Part shown: positions 1 to 13,100 of the stretch, piece by piece
Numbering within the stretch: the stretch's first letter is position 1
How the letters are laid out: each line of letters begins with the position of its first letter
NCBI GenBank assembly: GCA_032718475.1
Contig: JAUCBJ010008219.1
Location: forward strand, 31,574 to 95,573
Reading direction: 5' to 3'
Length of the DNA stretch: 64,000 nt
DNA from: Nemertoderma westbladi
Lineage: Eukaryota; Animalia; Xenacoelomorpha
The notes under the pieces: model-generated
Told to the model about the DNA's origin: nothing
The model's database searches: none
The model's input: only the letters and a program-made list of their open reading frames with translations
Program-made: the position numbers and the translations under genes

Positions 1-672
1 CGAAAAACGGCCAAAACTTCCTATAGGAAGCAAGATTTCCTATATAGGAATACAAAAATACTTCCTATTTAAGAAACCTACCCTAACTGCTAGGCCTAAC
101 TGCCTAACAGTTCAGTATACAGGTATAGGCCTAACTTATCAGTTTATACCTTTTTATAGGATACCGGACCTGTATAAATTATTTTTGTCTTTTTGGGTAA
201 GTTTTTTGGGTAGGCCTAATATTGTGTTTTTTGGGTAAATTTTTGTGTTTTTATGTATTTTTTTGTGTTTTTTTGTGTAATTCGTAGGACCGCCAAAAAA
301 TGTAAAGTCAAACAGTGTCAAACCGCAAACTGCAAAGTAACTGTAATTTGCTAATGACAACAGTCTGTAAAGAGGGCAGTATTTAGAATACTGGAATTGA
401 ATTGGCTGTGATTGGCTGGCTTGTACATCAACCATCTAGAATGATGACGAGAAATTGAGGGTGTGCAAGAATGCAAGATACAGAGATAGTTTATTGAGGT
501 GAAGTGGAAAATGGGAGCAAAATGGGCTAAAATCGCATTCTGCTCTTCCTCCTTCAATAATCTGTCAGTATGTCTCAATATGGCTGTCTGCATGTGGTTC
601 TGCAGTTAGGCTTATTATATTGTCTTTTGCCTACCGGTAGGCCTATATGTTGCTAAAATTTCAAAACGCAAA

Positions 673-1636
673 ATGTACTCAATTTGCCCAAATCGCCGGG
701 TAGCAGCCACCTTTCTGGTTCTTTCAATCGCGACCGGTAGTCTGACTTTACTGCTTGGTTTGTTGGTTGCCAGACCGGGACTGACCGCCTTGCAGTTCTC
801 CAAACCAACAACTTGTCAGACGACCTCCAGTAGTGTAATCGGAACGCAGACCTGCTCCTGTGGGAAGCGATGCCTCTCGTCCTACCCGTGCGTAAAGATA
901 TCGGTATCTTATGAGATCGGTTCCGAACTAATCGAGAACGCATTATTGCACGAAGATCAGGTAAGCTCTGCTCCGTTCTGACTGCTACTGGGAGTGGGAG
1001 ACAGGTAGGTAGATGGAATACATCTGTACATTCATCTGTTCATTACCGGTATTTGTTTGATTGTCCAAGATGTATTATGCTTTGCTTACACTGTTACATA
1101 TTCTGATACATATTCTAGATCAGTTACCGGTACCAGACCGGTACCGAAAATTATGCAATCGCGATGTAAATACAGAAATAGGGCCTGTGTCATAGGCCTA
1201 ATACAGTAGGGCTAGGCCATACCTAATAATAATAAAATGTTAAAATAATTGTTATGTTGGTTTTCAGGTTGAGTTACTTCCCCCGGTGAACTGCTCCATA
1301 AAGGCTTGCCAACCTAGCGCGAGCGACAATGCGAATCGCGTGAACGAGTTCATCGACCAGTTCGGAGTTGTTGGCTACAACTTCACGTGCTGGTCGAGTC
1401 CCGACCAACGCAAAGTTGTTTTATTAACCGAGAAGTTCTCGACTTCGATGGTGGTAGTCTCCTTGGTTTTGCCTCTTTCTCTGTTCGTATGTTCCGTTCT
1501 TGGTCTCGTTTTCGCGTGTCGTTCTCTCGCTCGTCAGGGCCACGTCGTGCTGCGAAACCGCCCCCAGAGTTTGCCGCAGTTCAGTCATCGGAAACTCGTG
1601 GAAGACGACGAGATTAACAACCCGTTCTACAGATGA
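673..1636 (+). CDS. Calcium-activated potassium (BK) channel beta-subunit-like protein (KCNMB/CaKB family); 2 exons 673-960 and 1268-1636, about 218 aa
   Basis: Phase-0 GT-AG intron 961-1267 (CAG|GTAAGC...TTTTCAG|GTT) joins two ORFs in frame. The product has two hydrophobic TM segments flanking a Cys-rich loop with CSCGKRCLSSYPCVKI, CSIKAC and FTCW, resembling the KCNMB extracellular loop. Confidence 0.75.
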
Positions 1637-2083
1637 ACCCGCCAAGCCGATTGGTTGGTTCCCAAGTTTTATTTATCTTGCTGCGATCTCATATTGTTTG
1701 ACATTCTAATTAAATGATAATATTTATACGTGCAGATTTTTGCAAAAAAGTGATGCCGATCTACTAATAAAATATATATGTTATTTTTGTTTAATTTCTT
1801 GAGAAAATTATTGTAAACTAATTATTATTAACTATATAATGTATTTAGCATGTAGATTTATTTACTTTCTGTTATTTGTATATATTTATTTTTCCCTTTA
1901 TTTACTTTACTATCTATTCGTTATAGTGCTATACCTATAATATATAATTGTAGTTTTTTATACCATAAATAGGTCTGATGTTTCTTCATATTTTGTTATA
2001 TCGATTGTATTTGTGTCTTTGTGCTGCAGTTTTTTAAATTTATAAAACACCAACAGATAAACTCAATATTATAATAATAAATA

Positions 2084-3012
2084 GGGTTGGTGCGCGAAAT
2101 AATAGTTGGGCTAGAAACAATCGAATAAGGGGTAACAAGGTGCCCTGAATCGAGTGGCGGGATGTGTTTTTTGTAAAAACACGAGGAAGCGGTCGAAATG
2201 GCGGGTTTAAGTGAGCGCGGGAAGCTAATTTTGAATATCGGCTGTGATTGGCTGCTACATATTTGACCTCATTACAAAGTGATCAGATTTCTTATCTTGG
2301 TTTCTATGGAGGGTAATTTTAGATCGATTAAAATACACATTTAATCTCAATTATTCCACACGTGGCTTATATCAATTGAAAGCGGAGAGTCTTGGGCGTT
2401 TTTTGACACTAAAATTAGTCAAATTCATGGCAATGAACATTGATAAAATGAATCAATTCACAATTATAAACTCGCAGATTGCCTGACCGGTCTGCAAGTA
2501 ATACTGAACCACTCAGCCATATCCACCTATTGCATTGCAGTATCGGAGTATTGCTGTGTTGCAGGTTAAGTTCATTAAGTTGAAATGTGTACCAGTCGGC
2601 TCACGGCTGTAGCGTAAGAGTGGTACAGCGGTAGGTTTACTCAACGTAATGAACATAAGAAACAATACAGCAGCAGCAGTAAGCCTATTCCGATACTGCA
2701 ATGCAATAGGTGGCTAGGGCTGAGTTGCATATGGGGTCAGGCAATCTACCAAGTTTGCAAAATTGCAAACATTATTATATAAATGTTCATGATCATGAAT
2801 AAGTAATTGTAGTGTTAAAATACGCGCAAGACACTCCGATTTCAATTGATATAAGCCACGTGTGGAATAATTGAGATTAAATGTGTATTTGAATCGATAG
2901 AAAATCTCTCTCCATAGAAACCAATATAATAAATTATCAGAGCACTGCGTAGTGACGTTAAATATCTAGCAGCCAATCACAGACGATATTCAAAATTAGC
3001 GCGCCCCAACCC
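2084..3012. mobile_element. Foldback MITE, TA-flanked
   Basis: TA|GGGTTGGTGCGC ... GCGCCCCAACCC|TA termini; about 2224-2540 is an inverted copy of about 2690-3000; non-coding. Confidence 0.75.
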
Positions 3013-5129
3013 TATTATACTATAAAGGTACAACACTGTATCAATTCCGGCTTCAACCCAACGCTAATTCCCACGATAAATAATCATTTTTGTATATCCC
3101 GTATCCTCCCTACCTATAATATTTTCTTTTAATCTTATTCTATTTTTAATAGATCTCTAATAGATTTAATATTCGACACAATAAAAATTCATCCCTCTCC
3201 AGCGGAATTTCGACGCAAATAACAACCGATTACTCCTAAAAATAAAACTGTAACCTGTTCTATTGGGGTTCGTTTATTGTTTTAGTTAGAATAACGTGCC
3301 TCTGGAACCTGCTCCTTTCCCTAAATTGAGAAATTAGCATTTAGACGACATATTAATTCGCCAATGTGCCCCCCCCCCCTCCCCACCCCCGGCTCCACTG
3401 GTTTACAATTTATAACCACCAATTAAAATGTAGATCCCTTGGTTTAATTTAGAACCGCGGTCATGTTTTTTAAGTGTATATGTATTGTATTGTATATATT
3501 TCGAGTTTATTAATATGATATTAGATGACGGCATCCATTACTTAAGAGTTATATAGTTATTTGTTTTTCTTTTAGAAAGCATGTTTTTTTTTTTTTTTTT
3601 TGTTTTTTATTAAGATTTTATTGTTTGAATCGAAAATTCATTCCAAACTGAAATTCCAGTTGTTGTTGTTACCAGGGATAATATTTAGAATTGTGATATT
3701 CAGATTAATATAATTATTATTTAGTTGTTAAGTGTTATACGTTTTTTTTATGAATTCATCATCTTTGGGTACAGTCATGGCAACAGGCGATTATATCATC
3801 AACGATAAATGATTAATAACTCCCTGAGGCTGTACCAACTGGTAAAGCGAAAGAAGGATAGAATGTTGTGCGAGTGTCCGTTCAAAACTCAAAGCGGTTT
3901 TGCAACAATCAGTTTAGAATTGCTATTCAAAATATTCAAAAGGTTCGTTTAAAAAGTCACAATTACGGTAGGGTATTTTCTAAATGAGTTAAAATCTTTT
4001 CTAAATGTGTCAAAAGACGCAGAAAAAATAATTGTGCCGATGCTCCAAACGCAATATCGACCGATTATCTTCAAAATGTCCCAAATGCAAAGCTGTTTAT
4101 TATATTCCTGGGGCGGGCGACACGAACCTCCGTTAATTTTAAAATTAACGGTGTTTTTGTGGTTTCTTAGAAACTTATTGTTGATGGTTTGAGTGCTGTT
4201 TCATCTGAAACATCTCAGAAGCAAATGTAAATGGTACACCATGTAAAAGTAAAGTAAAAAATAAGTTTTCTTCGTCCGTTAGGCCAGGTATTTCACACAA
4301 AGTGAGACGAATTATTTCCAGTGCGGTCCCCCCGAATTATACTCCCCAGAGGATACTGGATACTGGCCAGTACTCATTTAGCTACCACTTACTGTAGAGG
4401 ATGCAAGGCATAGATGCGTCTTGGCTACAGTATATAGCAGTTACACTACGGGTACATTGTCATGTTTAAACAATAGCGCACACAATTAGGATGGCCAAAC
4501 GAACGAGTAAGGAAGCTTTAAGGTTTTGCAAGTAACAATGAGATCATAACGGGCAAGCACACTAAGGATGTTACACAGAATAAAAAAACAAGAGAAAAAA
4601 AAAGTAAATGCTGTAGGTGGAAAAACCAGACAAAAGAAAATGTTAAAGACTTATGGTCTAATTTGAAGGACATATTTCATTAGAGGTGAAAAAAAAAGGT
4701 GATAAAAGAAGAACCGGGGGAAAATAGGAAGAATTAGATTTACTTGAGCGTCTAGCTCCTGAGTAACGTCGAGTTGGTACTGTAGTTTATAGACGACAAT
4801 TATTGACCGTTTCAGGCGGATGGAGGGCAGAAAATAATATAATATTCAATCTTAATATTCATATATTTATACAATATTCAATCTAATTGCACGGCAATAA
4901 CTACATGTATTTTAAAAATAAATATTTTATTGAATTGAAAAAATATTGTTTCCCATTCTTCAATCCTATACTGTAGACGATCCGGTTGGGTTTATGACAA
5001 TTCAAAGTTCGAAAACCGGCCTGAAGGGTGGTCTCCAGCACCAAATTTTTTGAAATTTTCGAATTTTACAAAGTCATTCGTGATTTAGTAATTATTTATG
5101 TTTGGGCTATTTTTATTGGTTTGGATCAC

Positions 5130-5780
5130 TCTAATGCTCTATACAAGTATGTAAGTGTAGTGGTACGTCATTTTTGGAGCACCAAAATTAGGGCGTGGCA
5201 CTTTAAAATTTCAAAATTACTTTATTCGGAAAATTTACTAAAGTTTTTATTTCGAAGCATTTTTATTTGTTTTCTGGAGCGCTGAATCGATTGAAGCCTG
5301 AAGACTTAGTGGTTCGCCATTTTTGGTGCACCAAAATTTTTCATTTCATTTTTCAAAATTTGAAGTGCCACGCCCTAATTTTGGTACATCAAAAATGGCT
5401 AACCTCTAAGGCTTCAGGCTTCTATATTACTTTCAATCGATTCAGCGGTCTAGAAAACTTATATAAATGCGTTAAAATTTCAATTTTGGTTTATTTTCCG
5501 AATCTCGTATTTTTCAAAATTTGAAGTGCCACGTCCTAATTTTGGTGCACCAAAAATGGCGAACCACTAAGTCTTCAGGCTTCTATATTACTTTCAATCG
5601 AATCAGCGGCCCAGAAAACCTATAAAGATGCGTTGAAATAAAAAATTAGGGGCATTTTCTGAATATCTAATTTTTCAAAATTTGAAGTGCCACGCCCACT
5701 TCTTAGGTGCACGAAAAATAGCATCCACTTCAATTTTTGGAAATGGAATATAATCACATTCGATTCAGCGTCTTGAAAAA
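5130..5780. repeat. Composite repeat with direct and inverted units (TTTGAAGTGCCACGCCCTAATTTTGGTGCACCAAAAATGG...), probable non-autonomous element
   Basis: Unit seen in direct orientation at about 5360, 5520 and 5680 and inverted at about 5160-5215 and 5280-5340; boundaries approximate. Confidence 0.55.
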
Positions 5781-6419
5781 CCTACTAAATCTAGCCAAAA
5801 CTGCCACACTACAGTACATGAATTTCACGAAAAAACAGACATAGGGCTCATAAAAAAAACCTTCACAGATAATCTTTTTAGTGTTTGGATCTCATGCCTA
5901 ACATCCTAAAGAATCTGAAATGAGAAATTGGAAGCAAATTCCGTTATGTGTGGGCTCCTACTAGCAAGTTTAAATTGACTGTACATTTTTTAACATTTTC
6001 CAAAATTTATGTGCGAATTTTGCCTACAATCAAGGCGAAAATACAGTCATTAAAAATAACATTAATCCTAGTCTGTTAATTTGCCTGTGTGAGTGATGGT
6101 TCAACCTCGGTTGTAGTTAAGAAATAAATTAATTTTGGTTTCCTAGAGATCAATCAACTTCGTTTGAAAAAATAACAATACGCTATTGCGAATTTCGTAA
6201 TTCCGTAATTCCGTAACGAAAACATGACATTTTTTAAAATAGCTTTTAAACTACTAAACATGTGACATTCAAATTTTAAATTCTCTTCCTCTAACCGTTG
6301 GGCAATACGCAATTATTTTCCTTTTGTGGCAATATGTTATATAAGTCGAGATATTTGTATTACGGAATTACAATTTCACGTTATGGAATTACGTTACGGA
6401 ATTACAACTTTCCAACAAT

Positions 6420-7586
6420 GCATGACGTTAGTCTTGGTGTAGACTGTAGAGTGGTACACTGTGAGACGTTATTGGCGGTGTCGACTGGTACACTGCGAGA
6501 CTTTATTGTGGTGTAGACTGGTACACTGAGCGACGTTAGCGTTGGTGTAGACTGGTACACTGCGATACATTAGTGTTGGTGTAGACTGGTACACTGAGAG
6601 ACGTTAGTGTTGGTGTAGACTGGTACACTGAGAGACGTTAATTTTGGTGTAGACTGGCACACTGAGACGTTAGCGTTGGTGTAGACTGGTACACTTCGAG
6701 ACTTTAGTGTTGGTTTAGACTGGTACACTGCGAGACTTTAGTGTTGGTTTAGACTGGTACACTACGAGACGTTAGTGTTGGTGTAGACTGGTACAATGTG
6801 ATACGTTAATTTTGGTGTAGACTGGCACACCGCGAGACTTAAGTGTTGGTTTAGACTGGTACACAGCGAGGCGTTAGTGTTGGTGTAGACTGGTACACTG
6901 GGAGACGTTAATTTTGGTGTAGACTGGCACACTGAGACGTTAGCGTTGGTGTAGACTGGTACACTTCGAGACTTTAGTGTTGGTTTAGACTGGTACACTG
7001 CGAGACTTTAGTGTTGGTTTAGACTGGTACACTACGAGACGTTAGTGTTGGTGTAGACTGGTACAATGTGATACGTTAATTTTGGTGTAGACTGGCACAC
7101 CGCGAGACGTAAGTGTTGGTTTAGACTGGTACACTGCGAGACTTTAGTGTTGGTTTAGACTGGTACACTGCGAGACTTTAGTGTTGGTTTAGACTGGTAC
7201 ACTACGAGACGTTATTGTTGGTGTAGACTGGTACACAGCGATGCGTTAGTGTTGGTGTAGACTGGTACACTGAGAGACGTTAATTTTGGTGTAGACTGGC
7301 ACACTAAGACTTTAGTGTTGGTTTAGACTGGTACACTGCGTGACGTTAGTGTTGGTTTAGACTGGTACACTGGGAGACGTTAGTGTTGGTGTAGACTGGT
7401 ACACTTCGAGACTTTAGTGTTGGTTTAGACTGGTACAATGCGAGACTTTAGTGTTCGTTTAGACTGGTACACTACGAGACGTTAGTGTTGGTGTAGACTG
7501 GTACAATACGAGACGTTAGTGTTGGTGTGGACTGGTACACAGCGAGACATTAGGGGTGTAGACTTGTGCACTGAGAGACGTTAGTG
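6420..7586. repeat. Minisatellite, about 34-bp unit GTTAGTGTTGGTGTAGACTGGTACACTGAGAGAC
   Basis: Tandem array read directly, more than 30 units with variants. Confidence 0.95.
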
Positions 7587-7640
7587 CCGTTATCTCTAAC
7601 GTTGGCATTCAAAGTATTGTATTAAATTACCATTTTTATA

Positions 7641-8153
7641 CACCATGGCCCGGAATATAGTGTCGTAATTCAATGAAACGAACCCCCCCCCCCCCCCCCC
7701 CCCCAAATGTTTCTACAAATCGTAATGATAAATGAGATGATGAGCCATTATTTTTATTTTTGCTTTCAATCTTTAGCTACAAGCGATAAAAAAAAGAGTC
7801 TCCGCCGATATTGCACTAGTTCCACCGCAGTTATTCTTCAACCTTATAGTGATTTGTTGGTGCTGATGTAAAGCTGGCTGTGCAAGGATTCCAAGGATGT
7901 AAAAACATTTGAATTTGGTTGGGAAATAGCTGCAATGTAACTGGTGCAATATCGCCGGCGACTCTTTTTTGTACAGTAGCTATAGATTAAAAGCAAAAAT
8001 AAAAATTCCGGCTCTCCCACTAAGTGGTCGGGAAATGAAATCCTCTCCGTTTCAAATTTCAATCAATCTCATTAGACTTGTAGAAAAATTGGCGGGGGGG
8101 GGGGGGGGGGGGTCGTGTCATTGAATTATGGCACTATATTCCAGGCCATGGTG
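7641..8153. mobile_element. MITE with long TIRs containing poly-C/poly-G
   Basis: CACCATGGCCCGGAATATAGTG... versus ...CACTATATTCCAGGCCATGGTG; a partial related copy lies at about 23490-23712. Confidence 0.7.
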
Positions 8154-8562
8154 TTGTATGTATATCACGATGACAATTATCCCAGTTCAATAACTTCGCC
8201 AATTCGCACGAAATTCCGTAACGATCTGGTTTGTATTTCCGTAACGACACCAATAAAGCTGTAACACCAAATTGATTGCTAAATATGCTTAATCTTTACC
8301 ATGGCGGACATTTTGAACATCTCTACTTATGCGCAATATGTTTAGTTTATATTTAAAACTCAATAATTCGCAGAACTCTCACTTTAAAAAAATTCAAAAA
8401 AAAGCATTGTCTTTTTTGTGTAATTCCGTAACGTAATGTTTGCGATATTAAAAATAATAAATCCGAGGCAAATTGTATAAAACTAACGAAACCAATGTGT
8501 TCTCTGATAATTTGTCTTACTATGCTCCACAAATTAAAGTTCATTTAAGTCATCTTCGAAAC

Positions 8563-9380
8563 ACCATAATATAGCTAGGCCCTACTGGTTATTAATAGCT
8601 ATACACCGCCTACCGGTAGGTAATGCAGTAGGCCTATCTGGCTGTCAGGCAAATTTCCACCTATTGTTTACGTGGTATCCAATGACGGCGTTAAGTAATG
8701 TCCCCTTAGTGGACATTACTTAACGCCGTCATGGGTTACCACGTAAACAATAACACCAAATACAATACTAAAAGTACATGCCAATACAATGCTGTAATGT
8801 CCTCTAAAGTTGTAAAGTGCTAAATAACAACTCGCTGTTTATACTAACGGCGTTGAGTAATGTTAAAATTTTGGAATAAAGTACTTTGCAACAAGTATGT
8901 ATATGTAGTTTTATTCAAAAATTTTAACATTACGAAATGATACATTGATATATTATAAGTGAAAGAAACTGCACAAATTAAATTAGTTGCTGTATAACTA
9001 AATCTAAAAATGTCATAAATTATGTTATAAATAAGTTAGCTTATATTTATGGTGGCGTTTGGAGCCATGTTATAATAATATAGCTAGGCCAAAATGGTTA
9101 TTAATAGCTATACACCGCCTACCGGTAGGTAATGCAGTAGGCCTATCTGGCTGTCAGGCAAATTTCCACCTATTGTTTACGTGGTAACAAATGACGCCGT
9201 AACTTTACAGCCCGCCCTCATTGGTTACCACATAAACATTTAAACAAGGGACACACCCAATACAATACTAAATGTACAGGCCAATACAATGCTGTAATGT
9301 CCTCTAAAGCTGTAAAGTGCTAAATAACAACTCGCTGTTAATACTAACGGCGTTGATTAATGTTACAATTTTGGAATAGA
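8563..9380 (+). repeat. Tandemly duplicated interspersed repeat (about 500-bp period); inverted copy at 41881-42370
   Basis: TAGCTAGGCC...AATAGCTATACACCGCCTACCGGTAGGTAATGCAGTAGGCCTATCTGGCTGTCAGGC occurs at about 8572 and 9080, and its reverse complement at about 42100-42180. Confidence 0.85.
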
Positions 9381-9723
9381 ATACCTTAACGTAGAGTCCT
9401 CCAGTTAGTGCAACGGAGCTTTGAGACGCTGGCTTCCGTTAGTTAAAGCCGCCGTTTTTTTTAACGGAGGTTTCGTGCCGCTTATGATTTTATTTAACGG
9501 CGCCGTTAGCACTAACGGAGCTTACTTGTCGCCCGCCCCTGAAATTTACCTTTTAATATTCTAAATTCCATTCATTTCTGCATCATGCATTCGATCTCAA
9601 CCTTTTGATGACGTTTCGACTTCCACTTCCAGCACTGAAACTTATACCGGTAATTAGAATCATAATGTGTATTTTTGAGGCTGTAATTATGGAACTATAA
9701 ATTTAGTTCAAATATGTTAAAAT

Positions 9724-9970
9724 TCAGCTTGGTCTAGTGGTGACATTACTGGGCTTCCGATTAGGGAGCCCTGGTTCGATCCCTAGATGGGGCGGTACTG
9801 TTTGGGCACAGTGCTTTAAATGCTGCAGCCTAGCCCAACCCCGGCTTTCATCCTTCTGTGGTCGATAAATGGGAACCAAGGCAACTTGGGAAACAGAGTG
9901 GAAGGGTTTACTGTGGAAGATCACCCATGGTGGTGAACAGGCATTCCTTGGCTTAACGAGCCTAAAAAAA
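9724..9970 (+). mobile_element. tRNA-derived SINE with Nin-like central domain
   Basis: Pol III A box TGGTCTAGTGG, B box GGTTCGATCCC, central CTTTCATCCTTCTGTGGTCGATAAATGGGAACCA, A-rich tail; second copy at 48325. Confidence 0.8.
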
Positions 9971-10031
9971 AGATTCTCCCATTTTCACATTTTTAATAGT
10001 TAATAATAATAATTGATCCATCATAACTTAC

Positions 10032-10170
10032 TTGTTTATCGAATGGATAATACGTGACATCGATGCGACAAGATGTTTCGCTTATCGCCGGACGTAACCA
10101 ACTCACTTCCCCTTTGTAGTTGATCAGGATGTCTGTAGAATCAGCCTCATGGGAAGACAATATCTTAACC
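10032..10170 (-). CDS. nAChR exon 5 (139 nt; loop E and first half of the Cys-loop)
   Basis: TTTCAG|G GTT AAG ... GAT AAA CAA|GTAAGT; encodes [46 protein letters not shown]. Confidence 0.9.
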
Positions 10171-13100
10171 CTGAAACAATACACAACTAAATAATATAAT
10201 TACAAGTTACTTTGGAAACATTTTTACTGAAGAAATGTACTAAAATAATGCGTGTAATAATTTTCACTTTACTATCAGTAAAGTGAATATTATACGAAAA
10301 CGGTTTAGGAACTCTTCTTTATTATTAATTATGATAAACTTTCATATAGAAAAAAATACAATCATCGAAAGCCGTTAACGCGGTCCTGTAAATTTAAAAA
10401 CGAAAACTTAACCCAATAAAACGGGCGGCACTGAATGCTTTGGGTGGAGACAGGCTTTGGGGGAAATTTCTTAGAACTTCGGGAGTTTCTTATATTTTCA
10501 CACACGTGTGCTTTGCACTTATCAATTCAGTGTATTGTGGTTGCAATGAGCTATAAATCAGTTTCATGGCTCCAAAGGGGGAATCGTGATAATTTTATTT
10601 TTTTTTATTTTACTAGGATGTACTTACAATACTGTACTTACAATTAAATGTAATGTAGGTAGATTTTTAGAGTCAGGATCAAGGAAGGGAAACTGAATGG
10701 CAGGTTACAGGGTTAGCTAATTAGCAGAGGGGTGCAGAGCTGGTAGACGCTAATGCTATCCACCGTATTGTGCATGATTTGGGGAGGCACCAAGGCGACT
10801 TGGGAGGCACTAATCAGACACAGACTAAGGTAATACTTTAACTACTATAATGAGTAACAATTAAACTAGAGTTAGTGCAAAGCATAATAAATATCCCCTC
10901 CCATAAATGTAAGGGGGGGGGGGGGGGGGGGGGGGGTATGGCATACTTTTAGTATTAAAACCCCATTTTATTATTCACTCATATTTTTTTAAGGAAAATA
11001 ATTATGTACTCTTATTTTTATATGTGTAACTAATTTAATTGCATTATGTTCTCATTTTAAAATGAGTACACCTATAATTCGGGAAATTTTGCAATTTTGT
11101 ACTCATATTTTTATAAGAGTCACTAATTCAAAGAATTATGTACTCATTTTAAAATGAGTACACCATTAATTCGGAACATCTTTCAATTTTGTACTCATAT
11201 TTTTATAAGAGTCACTAATTCAAAGAATTATGTACTCATTTTAAAATGAGTACACCATTAATTCGGAAAACCTTGCAATTTTGTACTCATATTTTAGCCA
11301 ATCGCGAATTTGCGCCTCATCTTTTAATAATTGTCACCCATCTTTTAACCAATCACGAATTTGCGCCTCATCTTCGAATAATTGCCACCCATCTTTTAGC
11401 CAATCGCGAATTTGCGCCTCATCTTTGAAAATGTCACCCATCTTTTAACCAATCACGAATTTGCGCCTCATCTTCGAATAATTGCCACCCATCTTTTAGC
11501 CAATCATTGATAAGGCCTTTCTCCACTGTTGTAAAGAAGTATAAAGGGTGAATCGGACTACTGTTGAAATCATATGGTTTCTGTGATAGCTTATGATAAC
11601 GACGGTACATAAAGTTGCTGCACTGGCTATCGAGAGTTTAAGATTTACTAGTGGATGTGGGTGATTGGGTCTGTAAAAGTGGGCATAACATAAATGATTA
11701 CTAGGCCTAAGTTGTATTGCCGTCATTAGTATCTTAGTCACTATTATTTACTTAATGTAGTTAGTGTTTCTAAGTTTCCAAAATTTTAATTGAGAAAAAT
11801 ACATTACTATATTGTAATTACTATATTGTAATTACTCATATTGTATTATTATTACTATATCATACTTTATCAATAAAGATAAGTACAGAGATAGCGGAGT
11901 CAAGATACAGGAAAGTAGAGTTTAGTTAAGTGTAATCTACAAAACATTATTAAATACAATGTTAATACAAGTAAGTTGTATCTAAGAAGCAAAACATTAA
12001 ACCGGTAATATTTCTGACCAGTTGTTACACGAGCTTAGTTGCATTCGTAAATTTTCAGAAGTGAACATAGAGTTAAAATAGAAACTAATTTTTTATCCTA
12101 TTTTGGAACTAATTCTGACATTAGGCCATGTAATCTGGTACTGATAAACTGTACAGTGTAGACTATACATAACATTTGTGTAGCTTAGAGCTTATCATAA
12201 TTCGTTGTGTTTGGAATGGACCAAGAACAGCGTCGCTGCTGTAATTTACTTTATGGTGATGATAATATTTATTGCACAAGATGTGGACACCGTTTACAAC
12301 AGTTGTCAGTGCCTCAACATCCTGTAGTTGATCTTACAACAACGACGACGTCTACGAGTAATCAGAATTGGTCGTTAGTTAACCCAAATGGTAGTGGACC
12401 TGGACAGTTACAATTTCCAAACACTCAAAACATTAACAGGCCAAGGCGCCCAGCAGAGCTTATAGAGGAATTGAATGCTACAGCCTAGCTAGTCCGCCTC
12501 CTACAGTCCTACTTGGTGCAGTCGCTTAGTATATAGACGTGCTTAGTCGCACCTTATATTGGAGTTAAACCTATACTGGCCTACCTGTATGCTGTATAAA
12601 TTTTATATAAATATATTTATAATGGCGGCCGCGGTTTCCACAAGCAACAACTATGATCCTCTTCTTGGAATGACAGAATCCCTTAGCCAACTCCGGTCGG
12701 ATCTCAATGAAGAGCACGAAATAGTCGCTGGATCTATGGAGAACCTCGACCACATTATACGGGACATGGTTACCAAGGAAATAAATTCCATAGGCCTATC
12801 TAAAACCATGCGACATACCGGTACAAGTAACCATAATGTTGATATTGCCGAGAAAACCGTAGATGCAATATGTCAAAACGTCTACAAAGCTGTTAGTCAC
12901 GATATAGGCGATTTACGACAGACGTTGCAGAAATCTATGGATAAACTCTCAAATATGTCTCGTACCATATGTCAACTAGCTGACGCGATAGATGAGCAGG
13001 AACAATACTCGCGGAGGAACTGTATTCTTATTCATGGGTATGGGCTCCCATTGCCTAATAACGACATCGACCTCCCAGCACGAGAAGTTGTGAAACTCCT

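Noticed and set aside
351-593. Minus-strand 80-aa ORF as a possible nAChR cytoplasmic-loop/TM4 exon
   Set aside because: No W...DR motif or TM4 pattern, and the intervening TM1-3 exons are not seen.
3770-3870. Minus-strand FRFTSWY as a candidate nAChR loop B exon
   Set aside because: Lacks the second Cys-loop cysteine and a suitable phase-0 acceptor, and hits a stop within a few codons.
6420-7586. CRISPR-like appearance of the 34-bp array (also 56404-56778)
   Set aside because: Units are contiguous with no unique spacers, there are no cas genes, and the context is eukaryotic.
11246-11428. Near-identical small ORFs at 11246-11428 and 22421-22654
   Set aside because: Translations of the TIR subrepeats.
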